A DNA stretch of 32,451 nt, from positions 1-32,451 of the forward strand of contig NMRA01001270.1 in assembly GCA_002633005.1 (NCBI GenBank), given 5' to 3'. Below, in pieces: positions 23,315 through 32,451 of the stretch. The first letter of the stretch is position 1; each line of letters starts with the position of its first letter. The notes under the pieces are model-generated. The model saw only the letters and a list, made by a program, of their open reading frames with translations, ran no database searches and was not told the DNA's origin. A program made the position numbers and the translations under genes. Source of the DNA: Phoronis australis. Its lineage: Eukaryota > Animalia > Phoronida.

Positions 23315-23514
23315 CAGCCGACTTCATTAAGATGGTATAACAAAACCTACTTTAGACTTAAACCTGGTCTTCCTAAACCTTAGTGGATTTAGACCAGGTT
23401 TTACCAGACCACTGGTCTAAAAGTTAAACCACCTTTATGAAACGTAAATTATCTTCAAAAGTGGTCCGATTTAAACCAGGTTTAACTTTAATGCACCTTT
23501 TGTGAAATCGTCTG
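23315..23514. mobile_element. Harbinger-like MITE in the last intron of copy 2
   Basis: Imperfect TIRs CAGCCGACTTCATTAAG / CAGACGATTTCACAAAAG. Internal repeated and inverted AAACCTGGT/ACCAGGTTT and TAGACCAG/CTGGTCTA motifs. Confidence 0.55.
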
Positions 23515-23843
23515 TTTATGTTTTGACCTATGCCACTGTCCTCGCAAATGAGTCCCTGGCAAAAGCAAAAGTGTTGGCAATGCGCTACACATGCAGAGTT
23601 TTGGCCATCATTATTGCTCTGTCTTTGAAACATGCCTCTAATAAGCGCGGCAACCCTCATGTATTACATCGGGAATTCCTTGGCTGTCCAAAATTAGAAG
23701 ATTCTGAGACAATGCAGTTGGACCCGCAAATGAAAGTTTTGTACAAAAATTAAAAAAAAAAAACTTGGCGAGTATCATTGATTGAAACAGGCTGAGGAAA
23801 GTTATCTCGTGCATCTAAACTGTTGTTTACATGCTGTTTTTAG

Positions 23844-24100
23844 ACGTTAAGAACTCCACAAAATTGGGCGTGGGCACCGGGATCAGTAAAGAGTGGAAGA
23901 CACTTGGTCGACAGCTTCAGCTATGTGAGACCGAACTGGACAACATCGAACATTCTACTCGTTCATTAAAAGAAAAAGGTATTGGAGTAATACAGACTTG
24001 GTTAAACAAGAATGGTTCAGAGGCAACAAACAAACGTCTGGGAGAAGCCTTGGTTGCCTGCGATCAACGTCGGCTTGCAGAGATATACAATCTATCTTGA
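23844..24100 (+). CDS. DD gene copy 2, terminal Death-domain exon
   Basis: tttttag|; DVKNSTKLGVGTGISKEWKTLGRQLQLCETELDNIEHSTRSLKEKGIGVIQTWLNKNGSEATNKRLGEALVACDQRRLAEIYNLS*. 52/85 residues identical to the copy 1 DD by manual alignment. Confidence 0.92.
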
Positions 24101-26554
24101 TCAAAAGGGTCGGTTTTAACATCTATTTGGACTATGGGGAGACATTTTCGAAGGGCCAAAAAAATCGTTATTTTTCACCTTTCTTCACTTGTGAATGACG
24201 CGACTGTTCTTTGTGACTAAAATTCTATGTTAAGGAAAACTTGGGACCGATTTTGTAGAAATAAATTACCTCAATGTAGTTTGTTTTTTGTACAGCTAAA
24301 TCGAGGGAAGTGCTTTTTTAAGTTGTGATGTTTTTTTCTATATAAATATTTTGTGTTGTGTGTGTGTTAAAAAGTTTTGTTTGTAGGGACATGGAGTTTC
24401 ATAACATATTTGAGGATGTCCATGATGAGAACGTTTTCTTGATGTTATCACCTGTAAATCATTAACTACTGGAGACTCCATTAATACGATGCTATAGCAA
24501 CACATTGTTTCATAAATATCCATACTGATGGTTGGGATTTTCAAAACGTTTTTATTTACGCTGTTTTACGAAGTTGACTGATATACAAAGTCATGTGTTC
24601 AGAACATGTAAGAAAAATGAGTCGCAAAGTAACCTAAAGACGACACAAACACTATCGGCCTTTGTGAGGAAGAGCCATAATGTTGGATGGGTATGCAGGA
24701 CGTGTGGATGAAACAGCACGTTAAAATGCTCAGACTCTATCGACAGCGGTTCATTCAAATGGATTTCGACGCATGCGATGAGGATCAATGCAGCTCTGTC
24801 GCCAACCAGTCGATTGCTATCTTCTTGTGACGTAACAGGTGATCAAATGAAACTATTCTTGCCCATTATAGATTTGATGACTACACCTTAAGATTAATTA
24901 CTATAATGCAGTCTGAAATTAGGTTAATGATAAATTAAACTTCGGCATTTTGTGATGTGAAATTGTTTACGGTGAGCGTGCAGGTATGGTTTAGCGTTGC
25001 AGTCAATTTGGAGAAGTTGTAATTATTCGACACTTGCGCTTTAAGATTTGCTTTACAATAAATTAGATGTTCAAAATTTACTAACCAAATTTGCCCGTAA
25101 CTCTTAAAAGCTATTGAACAGTATTTGTTGCTTCAAACAAATTAGTGATTTAGTTTTAGTTAACATGTGCTAAAAGGATAAAGGAGTCTTCATTATCCAT
25201 TGATACTTGTAGGGAAAGGAGCTACTTAAATCAGTTTACAAATATTTCGAACACAAGATTGGGTTGTGAAGATATCTTTATTGTCTACGACTAATGATGC
25301 AAACAGACAGAAACTACTATTAATTTTTTACTACTGTATACTGTGTGATAAGCATGAGTAGTAGTTGACTACTATTTCAGTTGAAGTAAAGAAAGTTCGT
25401 TAAAGACATACTCCCCATGTAGAAAGGATGGATATCAAACTACAATAAATGCGTTGTCGAGCGGAGTGACTGCGCGCACGAAAAAAAGTTAGTTTCCCCA
25501 AGCGTAGAATCGGGTATAAACTTATTCCACTCGTCTATAGATATCGAGGCCGGAATTTTCCAGTGTTTGCAATCATACCCATGACATAAATTTATTTCCA
25601 TGCTGTTTTCACCATGTTTACAAGGGAAATTCTCCCGCCGATTGCGGATCCAGGTAACTTCCATCGCAGTTTTCAAAATTGAACTGGCATATTATCTGAA
25701 AAAGCTTAAGTATATTTTCACAAAAAATGGTTGCTTATAATATTTTGAAAACGAAAGGCAAATCTTTGCCACCATATTCTAGCACCGTATGTAGTATACA
25801 ATATAAGCAGGTTTCGTGTGTGCAAAAAGTATGAATGTGGCTTGGCCAGCTCTAGCTGTACTACGTACAACCGGTGACACGTCTGTAAGGACTTGTTAAT
25901 TTGTAGTGTAATTACTTAACTTAGTTATCTAATAAAAAAACAATCTGAACGGACGACTTTGTGGGGCAAATTCCTGTAGTTGTATTTTATTAACAGGTGA
26001 GAAACTGTCGTTTCGCTTGATAAAAACAGTGAAATATCACATTAACTTTAAAAACACCTTTCAGACTCCGCTTTCCCCCAGCACGAACAGAAAAAAAATA
26101 GTGTAAAAAATAACCAACGTTATCCATAAAACTTTTAAAATTGTACGAAGACATGGTCCTATCATTTCTAAATGCACCTACATTTGTGTTAACATAATTT
26201 AAAGACACTGAACTGAAAGGTTTTCAGCCAAGGCTGTACACGATTGATATAGTCCGTTGGTAAAATCAAAGTCAAGTACTAAATTACTTTCTTATTGGTC
26301 ATAATCAATAATTTTGTCGAATATAATCGGTCATCAAGCCACCACTATTTTAATAAAATGCCTCATGACAACCGCCTCAAGTTTAATTACTAGCCACACG
26401 AGCAGATAACAGAGAGAACTCAAAAAACGCGTGGTGCGATCTGAGTGGTAGGCATGGTAAGCATATTAATTCCAAGTGGAGAGAGTTGTCGAGGCAAATG
26501 AAAACCTGGCAACTTGAAAATGACCAGTCACAATCTATTTTGATCACATTGGAG

Positions 26555-26835
26555 CCAAAACTTCCACAACGTTCGCAAATTACAGACGACGCTTAGACAA
26601 CAGCCAACCAAAGTACCACAGCCGTGACGCCTGGAACGTCCGTTATCCTGTAATTAATGAAGACCAAACCGCTTTAGGAAATTGTGCAATTCTAGAATCA
26701 GCAGAAAATTTACTAATCTAACCATGATAAATTACAATAACAATATTTCTTACTGTTTGCAAAAGGGTCCACTGGTATTCTTACAACACGATGTTGAACC
26801 AACAAAGCAGGTTTTAAACAAACAAGATATTCAGT
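26555..26835 (+). repeat. Dispersed repeat, homologue of 7685-7970
   Basis: Same shared blocks as 7685-7970. Confidence 0.8.
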
Positions 26836-27089
26836 ATCATCTAAAATCGGGTGAACTGCAGATGTATGATTTTAACAACAAGAGGTTTTCTGAACAGGCA
26901 CACCGTTTTTTTGTGCTTTATTGTGGTCATGCAGGGGGGGGGGGGGGNGGGTAACCCCATGATAACCACACAGATCTGCCACTATATTTCAAAACTGCTT
27001 GATACTGCTCTTGCAGAACACATTCGAATATCCAAAGTTAGCGCAAAAGTAAGACAAAATCCCCATCTTGTAGGGTAACCAGCCTTCGG

Positions 27090-27213
27090 TTCAGTAACGC
27101 TAGGACCTAGCTAAAAAGCAAGACTTCGAGAGATCACGTGAGATGTTGCAGTGTATTTCAAATGAGAACACGTGATTTTGTCTAAACTTTAGCTAGGTCC
27201 TAGCGTTACTGAA
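27090..27213. mobile_element. 124-bp MITE with perfect 26-bp terminal inverted repeats
   Basis: TTCAGTAACGCTAGGACCTAGCTAAA (27090-27115) and its exact reverse complement (27188-27213). Confidence 0.9.
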
Positions 27214-29389
27214 GCATGGCAGCATAGGTCTATGGACCTGCATATGAAAAACCAGCATGAGGTCTAACAAACCTCATCAGAATTCCCACTGTGAAGTAAC
27301 AGGTTAGCATCATGACCAATAGGGAAGCCGGTAAAAATTCCCGGTTCTTCTTATCTGGCAAAAAGATCTAAAAGTATGACGTCAAAAATGCACTGAACTG
27401 GTATGCTTAAGACCAGCACAATGTGAAGGTTTTGACCACATTAAGAAATTTTCAGTTGAGAAACAGTTATATCATAAACAGAACTCTTAGTGAGAATATG
27501 TATCTTTCAGATTGATATCGCTGCTCATAACGAAAAGTAGCATCACATCACAATGCAAAATCAAATGTGGTGATAAACTTGTTCCAGCTCCCCAGGGGGC
27601 ACTATTGTTGCCAAAAATAAGAAGGAACTGAGATGTATTTTGCTCTTGAAGAAAAAAGTCAACAAAATATGTTGTGGTTCTCCAAGGAAACATGCCAACG
27701 CATATCGACCAAACAAGAATTCTAGTCACAAACGAGGAACCTTACAATGGTACTCATTACAATTTGCCGAGTCAAAATTCTAATATCACATCACTCTCTT
27801 TACAAACAAAAGAACATTTCAATATTTGCAATCCTAGATAAACTGAAATCCAGGTTCAACATTTCTTAACTTCAGAGCCAGCGCAAATGGAGAGCTATTC
27901 TATTAGCTCAGCTGGCTGCCTCAAGTGAAATTTAACCTCATGACATTGATACACGCACAGTGAGGCAAAATGGTCACTGATCATTTAACCACAATCATAG
28001 TTAACAGCATAAGTGCAGTACAAACAGTTACAACTGGCCAGCGAAACTTGCTTTGTTGAATTTAATAGTTGATGCAATAATTAATTTTCATTGGCTATGA
28101 AAAGTAATTGGCTAAGCACTGTGAGAACTTATGCACGCCAGGTAAAAAAAGCCAATAACAGAGTCATTCACTTCAATGCATCGCAAGGCATTTTGCTACA
28201 GAGGCGAGCTATGAGCATGCGAGGCACCTAACTCTCTGTATTCGTGGCTGTTATCTAAGCAACAGGCTGAATGAACTTGTGACTACTTCACTTGTAGTGA
28301 GTCGTATTTTTACGCGTCAACATGAGCTGTCTGCCAGATGAGCTCGCAACTCTAGGTTTGCGCTGGCTCTAAATGTACATATTAACAATAAACCTGAGAT
28401 GACAAAATGATTAAAGAAACAAGAGCTGTACCAACATGCTTTTATAACTGTGTTATCAGTTACTCTGCCTAGATGACCCATACTATCTATAATACACACA
28501 CAAATGATGGCAATGTTTTGAGTGTGCTTAAAAAAATTTTTCTACAATGCCTCACTTATCAAACAAAATCAAAAAGATGCCGATTGGCACCAAGATCGTA
28601 TTCTCAATAATGAGCACTGCTAAACTTGGAAAAATCAAAAACTATCACACAGGGCTATCTCTCGCTTCGAGGGAGTGCGTCTGTGTCTTCTGAGTGAAGG
28701 ACTTTGGAACCACTTCTCTACTACAAGGTAAATCTTTCAATATTAAAAACCCCCACAACCATTTTTGGCACTGATATTTAGCTTCAAAGACAAACCATCA
28801 AGGGTCCTTTCCCAACACATCAGTAATGGATCACAGGCGCTGTGCATTTACACGTGCCTAACACTTGCATGACCTGTTTATGAGCATACAATATTTTTCA
28901 AAATAAACTGGGCATATTTTGGAAGACTGCTGTCAGAATTTAATAAACTTAGACACAGTTTACGACAATTAATTGCAAAAGGGTGATCCTTATGTAGTTA
29001 GTCGACCACTAAAAGGAGATCCTATTTAGTGAGTTCTACCATTGAATGGGAGTAGTACTGCATTACACTGACAAAGAACATTCTCTAAACATAACTGGTT
29101 GCTGCCATCATCTCATTTAACTAACTGTACAGTGGTTTTCAATTATCACCTAAGATATGTCAATGTTTCAAAAAGGAAAAGCAAATGGAGAGCAGTTAAA
29201 CATCTATCCAAATAGATTAATTGATTTTAATCAGGATAAATTTCTTCAAAATCATACAATTAATGCTTTTGTATGACAACATTTACAAGAATGGTGTCTA
29301 TCAGCCTTCTGTGACAAAAGATGAAGCAGCTTGGAAACGATTGTATCAAATTAAACACTGACGACAGATTTGTCAATGTTTCTTCTTGG

Positions 29390-29649
29390 CAGGGCTTGTA
29401 ATGACCAATGACAAAAGACAAAAAAAAAACGAAAATTTTCCAGGTGACATATTATTCTACAAATAATAAGGATTATGTAACAGAAATATTTTTGTCTTGT
29501 AAAATTTAACTGTGAGAAATGTTTTTGCATGAATAAAGTTCAAATAATTATAAAAAAGAGACAAACAGAGCAAACTAGAAATCAAAAAAAGAGGATATTG
29601 AAACCAAAAAAGAAGGAAATTGTCTTTAAGTGGAAAATTCTAAACGCTG
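29390..29649. mobile_element. Degenerate copy of the CAGGGCTT-terminated hAT-like MITE
   Basis: CAGGGCTTGTAATGACCAATGACAA ... GGAAAATTCTAAACGCTG match the ends of 30934-31440. Confidence 0.6.
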
Positions 29650-29842
29650 GCTTATCCGTGTTTTCTAACCAGCAATTTAGGCTTGACATTTATTCCTCAA
29701 CTATTGCTTAAAGATGGTGGACGTTCTTGCCGAAAAATGTCATGATCAAAACACTCTCTACCTCTCTTCATATAGAGTGAAAGTATGCGCGCGGTACACT
29801 GTCACAATTATTGCACAGCAGGCTCTGGCAGTTGTCATAATT

Positions 29843-29933
29843 TTACGTGCCACTCTGTTCGCTTTCTATCATGAACTGTTCGAAAGCTTCAGCAATTTCA
29901 TCTTCATCAGCGTCCTCGTATACATCTAACGAT
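29843..29933 (-). CDS. PAIP1: PAIP1-like (poly(A)-binding protein-interacting protein 1), last coding exon
   Basis: Acceptor tttgcag|, phase 2. Reads SLDVYEDADEDEIAEAFEQFMIESEQSGT*, similar to my recollection of the vertebrate PAIP1 acidic C-terminus (DEMDPEIEEAYEKFCLESE). Confidence 0.78.
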
Positions 29934-30157
29934 CTGCAAATCAAAGAAGATGTCGGGTACAAATCGAGGTGAGCAGCGTTCTCCACTCACAGACAAAAGT
30001 GCAGACTACATGTGGCATTCAAGGGGAAAACAAACATTAATTAATTGGTATTACCTTTAAATGTCTAGGACCTTATTAACTACGCATGCAGTCAATAGTC
30101 AAGTTATGTAAATGTTACAGTGAAAGGTTTCATTATTGAAGGCAGTGTTGTGTATTT

Positions 30158-30276
30158 GAGTTCAGCAATGCTAGGACCTCGCTAAAATCTAGCGAAAATC
30201 ATGTGTTCTCATTTCAATATCACACGTAATTTTTGCGAAGTCTTGCTTTTTAATGAGGTTCTAGCAGTGCTGTACT
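30158..30276. mobile_element. Diverged copy of the ~125-bp MITE
   Basis: GAGTTCAGCAATGCTAGGACCTCGCTAAA ... TTTAATGAGGTTCTAGCAGTGCTG; internal sequence matches 27090-27213 inverted. Confidence 0.75.
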
Positions 30277-30280
30277 TTAT

Positions 30281-30360
30281 CCAGGCCTCAAGAGGGATTC
30301 AAACCCATGACATCAAGGAGGGTGCAGCGTGATGCTTTCCAAATAGAGCTAAAAGCTAAC
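30281..30360 (-). mobile_element. Degraded tRNA-derived SINE head
   Basis: - strand A-box-like TAGCTCTATTTGGAAAGC and B-box-like GGGTTTGAATCCC at tRNA-like spacing; no intact cloverleaf. Confidence 0.45.
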
Positions 30361-30933
30361 GCAGCAAGTAGTCGAGTATTTTAAAGATTATGTAGGACTA
30401 AAAAACTGTCCAACACCATATCTCAGAAATAGCTGACTGTATTCATATGAATCTGTCAGATATCATGCGTTATACACTGTTCTCTAAAACACTGTTAGCG
30501 ATTGCTTCAAAAATGTTCCACTTTTGCATGACGGGCTACCAAAAAAGGACTTTCATGGTTCTCATCAAAAAAAAAATGAAAAAAAGATAATTTAGAAAAC
30601 AGTACTTTTTTGAGATTTCATCCTGAACATTTATATCAAACAAAGTCATGTGCTATGTTGCCACGGATGTACATTTCCTTTTTGATAAATTTCATAAAAA
30701 GGACATGGTCACCTAACCCAGTTAATACCATATGGGTGTGAAGTCAAACATCAAACTCTACAGCTTTTCTACCTTCACATACTTTTTCAAAATTAAAATC
30801 TATGGTTTTGTGAAAGCTTGGCTTAATACACAGACTAGGCGATGAAGTCCTACACAATCATGACTCTTTCATTGCCAAGTTTTAGGACTGCATTTCCCAG
30901 TGCCATATTAATGTTGAGGTTATGTATAACATA

Positions 30934-31440
30934 CAGGGCTTGGAATGACCAATGACAACAAACGCGGAAACTTTTACGGCCGAAATCATGCGCGCTACCC
31001 AACCTTGAAATGGTCGGTGTGAACCTTTCCCCGAGAAAAATCGGGAGGACTAAAAAAAAAGAAAAAAAAACGTTACCACTATTAGTAGCATGCGTCTGCG
31101 TCCTTTTAGCTCGGCCGTCCACTCCCAACCCACACATTTTTGGCTGCAGAGGCGTAGTATTTGTCACCGCGGTTTACAATAACACGAGACGCCATTGAAA
31201 ATCCCACCACGTTATCCCAGATGCCCCGGCAATGTTGACAATTTATGTTCCTCCGAAACATAAAGAGCAACTTCCGCTTTTTGAGGTGAACGTCGTCTGA
31301 AACGCCGCGGTAAGAAAGGAATTTGCCGCGGAAATTTTATATCAAATCCGATTTTTTTACGCGGAAATATAATAAAATGCGCGGACAGAACATTTGAAAA
31401 AAGCGGAAATTCGCGTTTCTGCGGAAAATTCTAAGCCCTG
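30934..31440. mobile_element. hAT-like non-autonomous element (507 bp) with 6-bp TSD
   Basis: TIR CAGGGCTTGGAAT / CAGGGCTTAGAAT (12/13); AACATA at 30928-30933 and 31441-31446; many subterminal GCGGAAA motifs. Confidence 0.8.
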
Positions 31441-31929
31441 AACATAGCTTTCAAACAAAAAAATGATAGAAAATCATTATTTATTGGAGGGTTGTTATGA
31501 CCTTTCAGGGCAAGATGCACACACATCATGTAAAGATATGTGTATACTAAGGTAGAGTATTCAAGATGTTCGGTGCAAAAACACTATCAATGGTCAATGA
31601 AGGGATTTGGTTCAAAATCATACCCTGCCGGTCCCAGTTCATATATCGTCTCTGATCCTGAATCGGAAAATTTTAAATGTATAGATAGGCACATCACTGA
31701 GTGCAAGTAAGAATTTGATGCCTATCACAATAAAAGTACGCCAATGGCGCAAAAACACATTCTACTTTGATTTGTGACGATGTTGACTGAAAATGTAATC
31801 ACAAGGTATGCTAAAGTCTACCCCTCAAAAACGTGATGCATGTGGATAACCAGAACCACTTTGAATAGGAACAACTGTTGACCAGGAATTAGATATCTCA
31901 CATCTGATCAGACCACCATGATTACTTAC

Positions 31930-32066
31930 GCCTCATTCCAAACACCATAGTCATTGTCTGCACTTGACTCATCAGGTATATACAGTTGTGAATCATCATT
32001 GCTGGCAAACCCCGCCTCTTCTCGGGTAATCACTTGTCCCTTGTCATTGTAGAACACTGGCTCAGT
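31930..32066 (-). CDS. PAIP1: PAIP1-like, penultimate coding exon
   Basis: tttctag| ... |gtaagt, 137 nt, phase 0/2. TEPVFYNDKGQVITREEAGF... resembles PAIP1 EPTFYTSDG; splices in frame to 29933. Confidence 0.78.
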
Positions 32067-32451
32067 CTAGAAACGTGTAAAAACATGGCTGTCTTTATCA
32101 TATACAATGGCAACTAATATAATCTGGGTTAATGCCAAGGGTGTTTACATTGGCAAAGTCAAAAATTGTTTCGGAAGGGAGCACTCATGAGCATTTGCTC
32201 CCCATTCATGGCTTTAAAAACGAAAAATCGAAAAATCATAAAGAGGCTAATTAACACCAAGTCTGTTCTCAATCTTATCCAAGCCATGACAGCAATTGAG
32301 TTGATTTCTACAAGGCGGGTAAATCTTGGAAGGATTGGCCTACCCTGACGAAACTGAAAGCATTTTCAAATTGGCTCTTCTTTACTTGCCCTTGATAATT
32401 TGTATGCAGATGAAAATTATTTTTATCATGGCATTGAAAGATTTGAAACAC

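Noticed and set aside
26933-26951. Poly-G tract (also 11096-11107 and poly-C 17658-17669) as a functional G-quadruplex
   Set aside because: Simple homopolymers, one containing an N, with no supporting context.
24300-29800. Numerous 60-90 aa ORFs from the track
   Set aside because: No motif or splice support; the region looks like UTR or intergenic DNA with repeats.
30281-30360. tRNA gene
   Set aside because: Only degenerate A and B boxes; no convincing acceptor or anticodon stems.

Overview
Eukaryotic (metazoan-looking, AT-rich, intron-containing) genomic DNA, not prokaryotic. On the + strand lie two tandem paralogues of a spliced gene ending in a Death domain (DD). Copy 1 shows only its last three exons (1464-1589, 2370-3128, 3918-4201). 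Copy 2 can be assembled in frame from 10416-10557 + 18946-20733 + 21407-21532 + 21821-22498 + 23844-24100 (997 codons). It encodes an unusual architecture: about six tandem ubiquitin-like/PB1-like beta-grasp units without C-terminal diglycines, then a Ser/Thr-rich linker with a conserved YxHxxxGExY/F motif, then the DD. A putative promoter with adjacent AP-1, E-box/CLEAR and NF-kB-type sites lies upstream. Copy 2 has one in-frame TAA just before the DD exon. A further, decayed ubiquitin-like exon was split by a 6.3-kb Harbinger transposon (12392-18658, CTG TSD) that carries Myb/SANT and transposase remnants plus nested Penelope-like, LINE and Tc1/mariner-type insertions. The right end holds the last two coding exons of a PAIP1-like gene on the - strand. 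The rest is LINE remnants, MITEs, a SINE-like head and microsatellites. All domain calls are by eye and need HMM or structure confirmation.
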